Shown in pieces: positions 26,171-40,282 of a stretch of DNA of 64,000 nt. The notes below the pieces were generated by a model. The model did not search any database and was not told the DNA's origin. It saw only the letters and a list, made by a program, of their open reading frames with translations. Each line of letters starts with the position of its first letter. The stretch's first letter is position 1. The position numbers and the translations under genes were made by a program. Source of the DNA: Eledone cirrhosa (Eukaryota); assembly GCA_964016885.1 (NCBI GenBank), contig OZ024742.1, positions 138,136,001 to 138,200,000 on the forward strand, read 5' to 3'.

Positions 26171-27851
26171 GGAGGGGGTCACGTTTCTCTGGTGCGCTTG
26201 GCGCTTAAGGGGATTTGGGATATATGGGCTTCCTAAACTAACCATGGCTGATGCTTCCCGTATTGAAGAATTCTGTTGGTTAAATTTATTGTTATTTTGC
26301 TACCACTTTTCTTTATTTACACGAATAATTATATGAAAACACCACGAGTATATGGAAATAAAAATCAACGACTTAAAACTGTAGATATGACAATAGCAAT
26401 ATTGTATATTTGGGAGGAAGTAATTTTCGACCTAATCGATCTGACAAATTAATTATGTTACCGAAAACGAAATGAAGTACCAACTTGCCCCAAGCAAAAT
26501 TTCAAATCAGAGTCTAAAGGGACGCAACTAAATAACACAGCATCTGTATAGTTTTTGTCCGGCACTCGACTGATTTGTGTTAAAAGTCTCACGAATTGAT
26601 AATTAATTATGTTACCGACAACGAAATGATGGACAAACTTGCCCCAAGCAGAATTTCAATTCAGAATAATATAAAGGGACGCAACTAAATAACACAATAT
26701 TTGTATATATATATATATATATATTATTTTTGTCGGGAACGCGACTCATTTTTGTTAAAGGTCAAATAATTTGAAGAGGTGAGTTGTAGTCGATAAGAAT
26801 ATTTTTTGGTAATTGACTAGTATTATGTTCTACAGGTGCCAGATTCAGCAAAAGTGCAGTTGTTTTATTCTAAATATATATTAACATTGTGAAGACACTG
26901 CAGTACAAACTAATAGCTGAACGCAACAGTTGGTAGTGATGATGTTGATGTTGATGCTGATATTGGTAGTGATGATGATGATAATGAGGAGGTGGAGGAT
27001 GACTAATACTACTACTACTACTACGACGACGTCAAATTTCTCACTCGCATAAGGAAACATGGCATAATGGAACAATAATTAAGCAGTGACAGGGTAGACC
27101 TGGCATGTATTCTTGATAAGGACCAGACGTGGGCTAAATGACAATATATAAATAACACTGAACAAGTCTCAAAAAGAATAATGATTCCCCCACTATTGTA
27201 GTACAAACACAGCTACTAGTAACAGTTGGTAGTATTAGTGGCAGTAGTAGTAGTAGTAGTAGTAGTAATAGCAGCATTAGTATTAGTAGTAGCAGTAGTA
27301 GTATTAGTAGTAGTAGTAGCAGCAGCAGTAGTATTAGTAGTAGTAGTAGTAGTAGTATTGGTAGTAGTGTTGGAAGTAGTGTTGGAAGTAGTAGTAGTAG
27401 TAGTGTTGGAGGTAGTAGTAGCAGTGGTAATGTGGAAGAAGAGAAAGCAGTAGTAGCAGCAGCAGCAGTAGTAGTAGTAGTAGTAGTAGCAGTATTAGTA
27501 GTAGTAAATTAAAACGGAAATAGAAGCAAGGTTTCGCGCAACAGTATCCACACAAGCACCATCATCAACAGACAACCAATACCATCATCAACAGCAACGT
27601 AGAAAACTATTAGAACAAAGATAACATCAGCTGCCTGTATATAGTAACTGCAGCAGCAGCAGTAACACTACCAACAGCAGTAATAACCTAGCGGCAGATA
27701 CAGGAGCTAACGAAAGAAAACCTGTAAATACTTCGACGACAACACCAAGCACAGCAGTCTGTTTTTCAGTCATTCGCCGTCCGGTCACCAACTCAATATC
27801 AAATACAACATATATGATAACAAAAAAAACACTCATATGCTGCTGTTGCTG

Positions 27852-27889
<38 letters not shown>

Positions 27890-28214
27890 GCTGATGATAA
27901 TCCTACTACTACTACAACCACCACCACCACCACCACCACCACCACTACTACCACCACCACTACCACCACCACCACCACTACTACTAATACTACTACTACT
28001 TCTACTACTACTACTACTACTAATGCTGCTGTTAATGGAACCCTGAGATTGCTGCGGCTGCATTTAGTAGCAGACCCGTTTGTTATGGTACATGATAGAA
28101 CAGCAGCAACAGCAGCAGCAATTTCCCTCTGAACAGCGACAGTAGCATAAGCACAGCTCCACCGCCATGTTATAATAATTATTTCTTTATTGTTCACTAG
28201 GATCATAAAGGACA

Positions 28215-30630
28215 ATAATAAAAAAAAAAAAAACAGTGACAGTGGGGATTTACATAAAACGTGTAAAACAAAGATAACAGATTATAAAAAATAATAAAAT
28301 TATGACAATATGAATTCTCCAATACGGAGAAACACCACCCAGGAGTATCTTAGGAACCCCTAAACTACCCTAGCTCCAATAGCACCATTGCTGGGGGTAC
28401 TTATACATTCTACATTCTCCAGCGTATAAGCAAGCACGTGATGCGAATGAGTCCATCCACTCGGGTCATTCTCGACAGATTTACCCACCTATTAACAAAT
28501 GTACTGCGGGGCAGTACTACCCAGTTCACCCCCACCTTCCTTTCCAAATGGAACATAAAAAGGTTGATGAAGGCTTGGCCAGAAAAGAAAGTATCTGTCT
28601 TCAGTCCTTTCACTTGCTTCCACCACACAGCTCCTTTCACTAGGGCTACCAAACAGAGAAAAACTGCCTGCTCTCCTGACCAAAGGAAGTTAATAGAGCG
28701 ATGTTCAGGATAGACTCGGTTGATATCCGCCTTATACGCTATAATAGCTGTTCAATAAATCTGCAGAAGTCAGCAATGCTAGGATACTGACCGAGTGCAT
28801 GCAGAACGGTTTCATCGCCCTGCGCGCATCTCGGACACATCTGTCTGACAGCACCTCCGTACTTCTAGATTTTGAAGCCCCATCCCGTTAATACTACCAG
28901 GCCAGGGATTTCCATAAATTGTCCAAAGTCTTCGGACGAAATGTTTTCCAGAACAGACTGGTTCGATTTAGTTGACGCCCAGATATTCTCCAAGAACGCT
29001 GTCGCATTTGCCCACCGCAAATCTTATATAGAACGCTAGAGTGGAATTTTCCCTGACCACATTGCCCGATTTGAAAAGGGCTATGAGCGCGTCATACCAT
29101 TACAGATGCTAGGTGCCCTGTCCCAGTTTTCGCTTGACCCACAGCTGCTTCTCAGTCAAAGAGACGACCTGCGGTAAAGCGTGCCGAATAGGTATATCTG
29201 GAGGTGCCATAGCCTGAACGCATGTTTGCGCATCATCAGCCACGTCATGGCAAACCCCCCACATAAAGGATGACTACCTCACCAGTGGATCCTCTCCTTT
29301 CCACAAGAAGTGAAAGAGCAAGCGCTCCAATCTAGTTAGGCGCGGGGCGGGAAAGCTATGACGTCCCGACAGTAACAGAAGAAGGACGTGAAATACGCAT
29401 TCATCATGCCCGCCCAATCTTTCAGGGATAATTTCCTCTCAGCTGATTTCTAGATAAGAGTGACTTATCTGGGTTGATTTTTTTCTACTCGCAACATTTT
29501 ATATTCCTCTAAGAAGTTGCCAATCACATCGATTTCCGAAGTGTTCGACGCGATCACAATGACGTAATCCGTATATACCGATACCCCCTTCCAGCCACCG
29601 GTTTGATCGCGACACCCTGTAAAAACTCCAGCTTCCGCAGTAATGGCTTGAAAGCGAGAAGAGAATGAATTTTAATGAACCGAGCCTATGATTTGAAACG
29701 GTTCCGATAGGTGGCCATTTACTTTGACCACCGAATAGATACCACTGTGCAAACCAGGCGATACACCTCTCATGTAAGAAGTCATAGCTCCCCATATTTC
29801 AGCGACTGTTATCGGCTTTTCACAACACTCCGCTACCGTCGCCATGAACCGTGGCATGTCGTCGAAGTAGATTGTGAAAACCATTCTGCAAGCTAAACCA
29901 TTCTCCAATATATTTGATTGAAATGTCACTGAAAATCTATACAGGTCTCATTGGGATTGAGTAACATATGCCTGTTGTGGTCAGCCAAAGATCAAATTCT
30001 AGTTGTTCATCACGCTGTACTTAGGACACAACCGGGCCCATCGGTTTTCGTCAGCTCATATTTATGGCCAGGTAGCCCTGACATCACAGCCTTCTTGCTT
30101 TGTGTTGAAGAAATCGTCGAGCGCCATTTTCACCGTGAGCACGTTAGTAGCGATGCCTTTCCTAAGGGCCTCTTCTAGCTTTCTAACTTGTTCTCTCTTG
30201 TCCTCTATCTCTAGACAAGTATACTCAACATTATCGATTCTACACTAATTTCTCTTCGAGTGCAAACCACCATTTCTTTTTAACGATTAACTCTGCATTG
30301 CCCAGTCAACTAATTTTCTAATCCGATTTCTATAATATTTGCACACCGGGAACGATACGTTCAGCTTCCAATAACCGTATTCCTGAATATGAAACGTATT
30401 AAGTCGGCTATGCAGATCACAATTTGGTGGTCTCTGTAGTCAACAACATTGAATTGTGAACAGCGCATCCTAGCCTTATCTACGTCCGTACAGAATACCC
30501 TATCTAGATACTATCTGGATAATACGATGTGGTTTCACCATTTACACATTGGCACATTCGGGAAATCTAGCCAGTACATGTCAGACAGTTGAAAATGTTT
30601 GAGCAGGTTGGTGAAGACTTTGCACTAACC
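28215..30630 (-). mobile_element. Heavily decayed, internally deleted Tx1-like LINE
   Basis: The minus strand follows ORF2 from the APE domain (YLDR, GYWKLN) to the C-terminal VALVKGAVWW...GLKTDTFFSGQ. Confidence 0.8.
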
Positions 30631-30739
30631 TATAAACGCAACGAACGAGTAACCATTCATCCTTGTATTATATATATATATATAATGCAAATTTATACGG
30701 GAACAAAACAGAGAGGCAGGCAAATAAAGGTTTATTAGG

Positions 30740-30825
<86 letters not shown>

Positions 30826-31287
30826 TAAACGGAATAGAAAATGGTGACAAATTGTTCACAGTTGAAAAATGGTTTAATTAGGAATAAAAGAGTATTAGTG
30901 ATTGTATGGGTTAGTATTCAGTTGTGGTTTTAAGTTTTTAAGTTTTTACCGGTTGCACATTTCTAAATGCTTTTCAAAAATAATTTTGAGATAGAGTGTC
31001 CGTGCTGTTTACTCTGATCTGATTAGTTTTGGGAATTTGTATAGTTATACTTTGGGAGGGCCATGCTGCCAATAAAAAACACACGCACCTGTTGGTTTTC
31101 ACATCAAATTATTATAAATTTGCGGTTGGTTTGTTGGTTCGATAAAGGGATGGCTGTTTATATATTGTCAAAGCTCTTTTGTCATACATTCTGTGACCTC
31201 TTCAGTGATTAGGCTTTTAGTTTGTGTCTCTCTTTTGTTCTGTCCTACACCATCTTGATGTTTTGTCTCGTGTAAATTTAGATGTAA

Positions 31288-31328
<41 letters not shown>

Positions 31329-31422
31329 GTAATTCCGTCGGAAAAGTCCAGGAAAAAAGAGTGCTCTATGTAGGTAACAGAGCTTAATTATTATTATGTA
31401 ATAAACAACATAAGGCAATTAT

Positions 31423-31480
31423 TCCATTTACCAGTGGTTTCTTAAAAGCAAAAGGTTTTGCTTTCAATCCTCAGAATGAA
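31423..31480 (-). ncRNA. Type I hammerhead ribozyme, canonical core
   Basis: Reverse complement TTCATT-CTGAGGA-TTGAAAGCAAA(ACCT)TTTGCTTTTAA-GAAA-CCACTGG-TA-AATGGA. Helix II is 11 bp and the site is GUA. Confidence 0.75.
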
Positions 31481-31772
31481 AAAATCCTGGTTTGTTTATT
31501 GAATTTGGATTTTAAAAACAAAAATGCAATCTATATGAAAGTGAGGCCGGAGAAGGAAGAAGGAAAGGAAAAATAAAATAAAACTACACATGCAAACACA
31601 CACACAAAAAAAACAAAAAGACACAAAAGCATACATACACACACACATATATATATACATATATACATATACACATATATATACACATACACATATATAC
31701 AGATACACATACATACACAAATACACATACATACACTCATACATACACACACACACATACACATATACACAC

Positions 31773-31803
<31 letters not shown>

Positions 31804-32256
31804 TATACATATATATATGTGTGTACAAGCATACACATACACAAACATAGCCATACACACACACATATACATACATTCACACAATCATACATATATACAC
31901 ACGTGCATACATACACATACATAAATGCACTCCTCTACATATTCACACACGCAAATAAATATAAGAAAAAATATATATATATATTAAAAATTGTTGACAC
32001 CGATACATAAGGCAGCTAACTGGACAGACACGCGTGGTAAGTAATACACACAAATGCACGTATACATACGTACGAAATAGTAAATACATACACACACTCT
32101 CACACATAAATATACATATACAAATACATAAACACATACATACATGCACAAACACGCACACGTATACAATATATACACACACATATGTATATGTAAATGC
32201 AAGTCGGTGTTATAACGGTATGTCGAATCTATTTATCTATAAAACTGTTTATATTG

Positions 32257-32322
32257 TATTTTGTCTGAGGAAGGCATAGCATATTGTTAATATGATATCC
32301 CCGAAATATATATAATGAAATA
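32257..32322 (+). ncRNA. Minimal type I hammerhead in a ~240-bp element (32212-32452) ending in (TA)n
   Basis: TATTTTGT-CTGAGGA-AGG..CATATT.AATATG..CCC-GAAA-TATATA-TA-ATGAAATA. The same element recurs at 48950-49424. Confidence 0.65.
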
Positions 32323-32450
32323 AATATGGTTTTATAAATATAGTTTCCATTTATTTAATATTGTAAATATACTCCAAATATTTGTCGAGTGCTTTTATAT
32401 CAGTTATAAATATTTACTAGTTGTAACCCAACAATTTTAAATATAACTTT

Positions 32451-32489
<39 letters not shown>

Positions 32490-32640
32490 AATATAAACAT
32501 ACACACACACACATATATGTATACATACACACACATATACATACATAGCTATACAATTATACACATACAAATACGTACATATAAACACGCACAACCAAAT
32601 ACAAACACACACACACATACATATATATATATGCACACGC

Positions 32641-32683
<43 letters not shown>

Positions 32684-32791
32684 TATACATATGCATACAC
32701 ATACACACAGACATACATGTGTGTATGTGTAAAACTCAGTCTTAGATAATTCATACCTGCATTGTTTTGGCTTTATTATACATATACACAC

Positions 32792-32841
<50 letters not shown>

Positions 32842-32845
<4 letters not shown>

Positions 32846-33328
32846 GTTTGTATATGTATAATAAAGCCAAAACAATGCAGGTATGGACATAGAATGAAGA
32901 ATGCAAATGCAAAAGATATTGTTGACAATTAGTCTTTTACGTTAGATTTATTTAAACGTCCTTAATTTTGGAGATAATATCTCTTCTTCGGAGGGAAGTA
33001 AAGCGGTTAAACCAGTGTTCTAAATAGCTTGCCAAGTCATGCTGACAGGAAATGGTATAGAGTATCTGTTCTATCTCTAATGTCAAAGAGTTTAGGTTAG
33101 GTGGATAAAGAGTAGTCTCCCTTTAAAGGGTTTTTTTTTGTACATGCCTGTTTAAGTGTGTGGGAGAATGCATGAAGGTGTATGTGAGTGTGTGTGTGTG
33201 AGTGTGTGAAGATATGTATATACGTAAATGTGGGGGATAGATGTTATCTCGTGTTAGAACTGGTCTTTATGTGTGTATGTGTGTGTGTGAGAGAGAATAA
33301 GTGGAGGTGTAAGCGTGTGTGTGTGTGC

Positions 33329-33365
<37 letters not shown>

Positions 33366-33745
33366 GTGTGTGTAAATATGGGGCTAGAAGCTCTATCAAG
33401 TTATAAATTGGGTGTTGAGTTCTAGTCTATTATTGATTGGGGGTTGTGTTTTGTCTATAATTAGTGCTTCCTTAATTCTAAGATTGCCGAGGTTTCTTTC
33501 CTTAGTTTCTATCCTAACTGTTATGGTTTTGTCAGTGTTTTTGCATTTAACTAGGTATTTCTTAAATGAGGGAGCGTTAGTATTGAGGTGTTCTTTTATT
33601 CTTATGTGGAGTGGTCTGGTGGTGCTACCTACGAAGAAGTTGGTGCATTTGTCACACTCTAGTCTGTATACGACGTAAGCCTGGTGGCATAGGTCTGTGT
33701 CGTTGATGGGGCAGCTGGCTAGCCTGCAGCAGTTGACATGACAAC
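32842..33745 (-). mobile_element. 5'-truncated PLE (GIY-YIG end plus 3' UTR) between (TA)n tracts
   Basis: Minus strand ~33398-33740 reads [48 protein letters not shown]...LRIKEA. The 3' UTR recurs at 38714-39025. Confidence 0.8.
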
Positions 33746-33747
33746 TG

Positions 33748-33928
<181 letters not shown>

Positions 33929-34140
33929 CTAATCGATTTCCTTGTCAGTACGGGTTACGTGATAAACAAATTCGTAAGCAGCACTGCCTGACATTTTCAA
34001 ACGTACTGGTATCTCTGTGATATATTATCAGAGAAAAATAGAGAAAAGTATATATATTTGTTGCGAAAAAAAATATTTTCTTTGAAAGCAAAGTTACCCA
34101 ATAGTTTATTCTATATAAACCTATATACCCAATTAATATA

Positions 34141-34188
<48 letters not shown>

Positions 34189-35768
34189 AGAAATCAGTGT
34201 TGCGACGAATGGAATTTATTGGACATATTACAATCGTTTCTCCAGCTCGAGGCAAAATCGATGCGATGATCGATCGTGTCTCGAGCTGTTCGCCACGCGC
34301 GCACACGCACACACATCAGCACACAAATAAACATACGTATCTCTACTTTCTTTATTTCAATAGAAAGTCTGAATTTTGACACCCCAGCACACCAGCCATA
34401 TTCACTGAACCAGAACAATTCTCCCCATCCTGTTTTTCTTGACCATTATCTTTTATATCGCACAAATTCTCTAAATGGCTACAAAAAAATTCCAAAATAC
34501 GGGTGTGAAATTTAATGTACTTGTTCACGTGACAGTTATAATTTCATTTATAACCAATCAAATATCATTTATATAAAAAAAAAGCCTTCGTGAGCCACTT
34601 TTTTTTAAAGTAAAAAGAAATTCAAACACAAACTGGCGCGAAAGCTGATGTGCTTATTCACGTGAGTGCATCAACCAACCAAACTTCACTCATATATGAA
34701 AAAACAACCTGAGCCCCCCCCCCCTTTTTTTTAAGGCAAATATAATAAGAACTTTGTAACGCGAACTGGCGCGAAATTTATTATACTTATACACCAACCA
34801 ACCAAATTACTTCTTTAAAAACCTAGCATTTCGAGCCACTTTTTTTCCATATAAAATAGAAGTAACATTCAAACATCAACCAGATGTGAGAAAAGTCGCA
34901 AAACCTCAATTCTACTTTCGAAAAGTAGAAGAACTTCGAAACCGGTAAAGGAACCAAATAAATAAATATTTAAAAAAAAAAAATGACTCCAGTTGCATTT
35001 TCGATTTCATCTTTTTTCCTTACACTTTCACTCGTGTAGTACACCTCGTTTTTTTTTCATTTACTCTGAAAATATTACAATTCATGATTAGTATATTTCG
35101 TAGCTTCTTTCTTTTAATTTACGCAGTGCCAAACAGATTCTACATTGTGGCAAAATGGCAAAAGCAGTTTCAATCTTAGCAAAGTTCCATAGAGAAGAAG
35201 CTTATGCTTTGACAGCTAATTTGACGAGAATTTTGAAATTATATATGGGAAAATTAAGAAGAAACTATGCTGGTTCCATCTGTGAATATCGCCTATATTT
35301 GAAACGTCTTTCATAGGAGGATTCCGCATGATACAATAGAAAGAGGATTAGATAGAGAAATTGAGAGAACTGGAGAGAAAGATAAATGTTTCTACTATAA
35401 ATGAATATACTAATGGATTGAATCATAAACAGAATAATAAATGTATATATATACGTAACGATTAGTCCAGGATATTTTTAATGGTGATGAGAGATTCAGG
35501 AATTGTATCTTGTGATTAATGGGGCATATAACATTAATTGTTAATAGTTATTTCTGGTATTATTATATTGGGAAAGGACTGAAATAGAGACCGGTTTAAA
35601 CGAGGTTGTTGTGTTGGTGGTATGTGTGTGGTGAAACATGCGGAGGAAAGTGATGTGTTAGAAAAAGTTAATATTTGATTTATAATCAGAGATATGTATA
35701 TACCACAGCGCCCACACGAATACGCACGTACACACACGCTCACACACACAGACATATATATATATATA

Positions 35769-37742
35769 AGAGAGTATTGAAGTTTGCTTGAAGCATTGTG
35801 GAATAATAAGGTACATTTCTTTAGGTCGTTTTGGAAGCCTCAACAATGCAGATGGGTAAATCTCCGGGTAATAAGATCCGGTAGTGGAGAGAGGGATGTA
35901 AGTGGATGTAGGTTGAGATGTGTAGCGTGTAGAAGAATGTAGGAAAGAGAGTCAAGGATAAAAATAATAACACGAGATAGAGTTACCTTGGGAGAGATTT
36001 AATTGTCCCTATATATTTCGGATTCACATCCATCAGCTGGAGGTGGGGGGGGGGGCTGTCGGACAGGTATGCAGCGTGTCCTCCGCTGTTCGTTGTTTTG
36101 AATATCTGAGGTATTCAGCAGAGCGCGCGTGCGCGTGAAATGGGGTCGGTCAAGCAAAGGTCGGCGGCCGAAATAGTTCTTTCAATTGTGGAGTGGGGTT
36201 ATCTGCCCTGTTGAATAGTGTGTGGTTGTGATAGTATTCTCTGCCTGTTTGGTGAATGTTACTGTGTGTGTGTGTGCGTGTGTTGTTGTCTCGCTTGAGT
36301 GTGTGTGCGTGTATTGTTGCCTCGTTCGTCTGTATTAGCAGTGTAGTATATTCGTATGGTGAAATGCTAGTGTGTGTGTGTGTGTGTGTGTGTGCGTGTG
36401 TTGTTGTCTCGCTTGTGTGTGTGTGTGTGTGTGTGTGCGCGTGTTGCTGCATCGTTTGTTTCTTAAACCAACCACTTCATTTCGCTTCTCTCGGATCGGT
36501 TATTTATTTGTGGCCCTAGGCGTTTGATCCAAAATGCTTCCTTGATTCGTAATGTGCTGACGTTTCTTTCTGTCGCTAGAATTGTGACAATGGGCCTTCC
36601 GTCTTTGTTTCCGCATTTGGTTATGTGTTTCCGGAAAGACGAGGCCCTGGTGTTAATGTGCTCCTTGATCCGGATGTGTAGCGGCTGGATTGTGCTACCT
36701 ATATAGTAGTGGTTGCACTTGTTACATTCTATCTTATACACGACGTATGTGCGTAGGCAACAGTTCGTATGGCGCATCGGGCAGTTTCTGAGGGAGCACG
36801 CGTCAGTTGATTTCCCGGGTTTCCTGGAGAGCCATCTTCGCAGGGAGGGGCCCGAGTGGGCCAGGTGGATGTCGAGGCCCTCCCTCCGTATAGCCTTGCC
36901 GATAGCGTTGGTGGTATTCTCGCCCAGGTGTGGTATTTTAAGGAAGCACTTGCCTTGGGTGTTTCTCTGCCTCTTGTGTCTGGTGTCTCTTATTCTGTTT
37001 GTGAGTGAGGCAGGGTACCCGTTCGTCTCCAGCACTTCGAGGAATCGCTTGGTATGAGTGACACCACTCGCGGGATCGCTGCATCTGTTTTTAGTTCGCG
37101 TGATCTCGTTTGTGATGTATCCTCTTTTAGCACTGTTAGGGAGGGCGAACTTGTAGTGGACGAACAGGTCCCTGCAGGCTGCCTTTCGGTAGAAGTTGCA
37201 GTGGATCCCTCCCTGTTCCGTGATGTCGATTCGGAAGTCGAGGAGTGCAAGTGACCCGTCGTCGCTGGGGTGTTCAACACTGAAATCAATGTTCTCGTCC
37301 GTGTTGAACGTCTCATATATTCTGTTCGCCATGTCTTGGGAAGATGTGAGGATGAGGATATCGTCCACGTACCTTGAGAAAAAGGCGACGGCGTTGGGGT
37401 GGCATGCGTTGAGTGCCTTGCATTAGAGGCTGTCCATGTATGAGATCGCTAGCACACCCGACAGGCTTGAGCCCATGGGCAGTCCCGAGGTTTGCTGGTA
37501 TGTTTGCCGGAAAAACCCCTCGGTTGCTGGATGTGAATCCGAAATAGATAGGGACAATTAAATCTCTCCCAAGGTAACTCTATCTCGTGTTATTATTTTT
37601 ATCCTTTACGCTCTTTCCTACATTCTTCTACAATGCACACATCTCAACCTACATTCACTTACATCTCTCTCTCTCCATCACCGGATCTTGTTACCTGGAG
37701 ATTTATCCATCTGCATTGTTGAGGCTTCCAAAACGACCTAAA

Positions 37743-37745
<3 letters not shown>
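35769..37745 (-). mobile_element. 5'-truncated PLE (CCHH-type GIY-YIG; Neptune/Nematis-like) with inverted 5' copy of its 3' end
   Basis: RT plus EN reading frame; 37528-37745 is the reverse complement of ~35817-36032; (TA)n lies on both sides. Confidence 0.85.
36463..37505 (-). pseudogene. PLE reverse transcriptase (C-terminal half) and GIY-YIG endonuclease
   Basis: GLPMGSSLSG..AI.YM (stop) ...[41 protein letters not shown] and LRIKEA. Confidence 0.88.
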
Positions 37746-37793
<48 letters not shown>

Positions 37794-38572
37794 AAAAGAT
37801 CCCAAACTTGCAGAGTCGTAGAGGCAACGTCATACGGCGTGTCTAGCGCACTTCTAAACCTGGAGGAGCCCAACCCTCTCCATGTCTGCATAGAGCCGAT
37901 TTTTCTATAGAGGAAGAATCGATCCCAATACTGGACCGGTACTTTTTCATCTAGATCGAAAGGATGAAAGGCAAAATTGACCACGGCGGAATTTGGCCTC
38001 AGAGCACGCAATGATGTGGGACAAATACCGTAAAGCATTCTATCCGACGTGTTAACGACTTTGCCAATTCGCCACCATAAATATATATATGTGAGAGTTT
38101 AGGGTTAGTGATAGGTAGCTAACCCTTTGCTCAATCATCACTATTAGTTAACCATTGTTGGCCTGGGGCTGCTTATTTATCCGGCAGGAACTCACTAAAT
38201 TCGCAACAAACCATCATATCTGTAGCTGTATCCCTATTGGCCAACTGCAACCCGTTATCTGGCAGAATAGCTCTGCTGAAAATTAATATTCATATTTCTC
38301 ATATTATCAATCTTCTCTTTATATAAGCTATTTGAGCTAGTTCAACGAACAATTCATAAAAATACATTGTCGGTGACACATGTACATAGTTATACATTCA
38401 ATTTAGTGATTTAAAAATTCATCCGAAATTGTCGTACTCTTCAGTATAGAAGGTTTATCTACTCCCCACAGTCGTTTTTGCTTGATAAATGTATCATTTT
38501 GAACTTGTTTAAAGCATCTCGTAAGTTTGCTATGTCAAACACAGCTATAAACATGAATAAACTTCGAGAAAA

Positions 38573-38612
<40 letters not shown>

Positions 38613-38649
38613 GAAGTTATATTTAATTTGTTGGAAGTTTCCATTTGTT

Positions 38650-38713
<64 letters not shown>

Positions 38714-38717
<4 letters not shown>

Positions 38718-39025
38718 GTTTGTATATGTATAATAAAGCCAAAACATTGCAGGTATGGACATAGAATGAAGAATGCAAATGCAAAAGATATTGTTGACAA
38801 TTAGTCTTTTTCCTTAGATTTATTTAAATGTCCTTAATTTTCGAGATAATATCTCTTCTTCGGAGGGAAGTAAAGCAGTTAAACCAGTGTTCTAAATAGC
38901 TTGCCAAGTCATGCTGACAGGAAATGGTATAGAGTATCTGTTCTATCTCTAATGTCAAAGATTAAGGTTAGATGGATAAAGAGTAGTCTCCTTTTAAAAG
39001 GAGACTACTCTTGATCCACCTAACC
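38714..39025 (-). mobile_element. Short 3'-terminal PLE copy ending in a fold-back hairpin
   Basis: Nearly identical to 32842-33125. It ends GAGTAGTCTCCTTTT/AAAAGGAGACTACTC. Confidence 0.8.
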
Positions 39026-39711
39026 CACGTTCAAAGAATATTAAGCCGCAAGTTCCAAACTTCGAAATGTAGACCCTATGCAACTGAACGTTCGAGTGTT
39101 TCGTTTTCTATATAGTATAGTTTACCTCATATATTAACCCACGAATCTTCCTGACGTTATGCTATAGTTTTGTTTCGTCACAAAATATAACTTGACTCCA
39201 GAGCTCTTAAGTCCAATATTCATGCTCATTGAGAAAATATCAATCACGTCTTTTACCTACCCAATATTAATATTGGGCTGAGAGTAGATTTGCAAGATTT
39301 CTGCCCATAAATCAGCCAGTGTAATACAATTCTGAGACTCACTCCTGCAACGCTTAGATGCAACGTAATTGTAAAGTTTTTATACGAGAACCAGGGGCAA
39401 AGTTTTCCGTGATATGATTATCTCTAGATGCAATATTTCTGGGGCCAATAAATCTCTTCGTGTCAGAATGTTTAACAAATGTGATGTTTGTTAATATCAC
39501 TAAGGGTAGCTCTCTCGCCTCTACTCATTTTAAAAGAAAATGTCATACTTCGTATCATTTGCGTTATATAAGATCTATTATTTGATCTCTGAGTAAGTCA
39601 AACAATGATATTTTGCCAATCATTTATCTCTACCCTTTTAACAATGACATTAATTTAGAACAAACGCACAGGCTTTAAACTAACAACAAACTGCAATATA
39701 CATATTTAAAT

Positions 39712-40112
39712 AATTGTTTCTACACACGGCCAGCAATTATACCATTACATTATAGGTACTTTATTTTATCGACCCGTTAGTATGAAAGACAATGTTAACC
39801 TCGGCGGGATTTGAACTCGGACCGTAAAGGGTCGTAGCTCCTATACTACAAAGCTTGGCGCCCGACTCTCTACCGATACAGCGAATCCACCGCTGGAATG
39901 ATGGAAGCGATCGACATTATTGTATTTTGTGGATTAGTAGTATAGGTAGAGAGTCGGACGCCATGCTTTCCAGCATAGTTACGTCCCTTTACGATCTGAG
40001 TTCAAATCCCGCCGAGGTTAACTTTGCCTTTCATCGTTACGGGGTCGATAAAATAAAGTACCAGTAATGTACTGAGTAATTGCTGGTAATGTGCACAAAG
40101 TAGAAACAATTA
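39712..40112. mobile_element. Divergent (head-to-head) SINE pair: 39712-39890 (-) and 39929-40112 (+)
   Basis: SINE core and B-box are present in opposite orientations. Confidence 0.8.
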
Positions 40113-40282
40113 TTGTATTTTGCAAAGAACAAAGTGGATGATGCAATAATTTGCAAGAAATAAGAGCTTAAAAAGTTTAGCCGTGTGGTGTTAAATAATT
40201 ACTCAAGACTATATGTAAATGAATATCCATTTGTCTATGGCTGTGCGATCGCTTGTGTGTATTTGTCTGTAAATATATATTA

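Noticed and set aside
30940-30985. HHR on the minus strand
   Set aside because: The layout fits (TTTT-TGAAAA..GCAA-CCGG-TA-AAAA) but both core segments are mutated.
36012-36050. Functional HHR in the 35769-37745 PLE
   Set aside because: The minus strand has CTGAT-GGAT(GTGA)ATCC-GAAA-TATA-TA-GGG, but the core lacks GA and helix I does not pair; it is a remnant at most.
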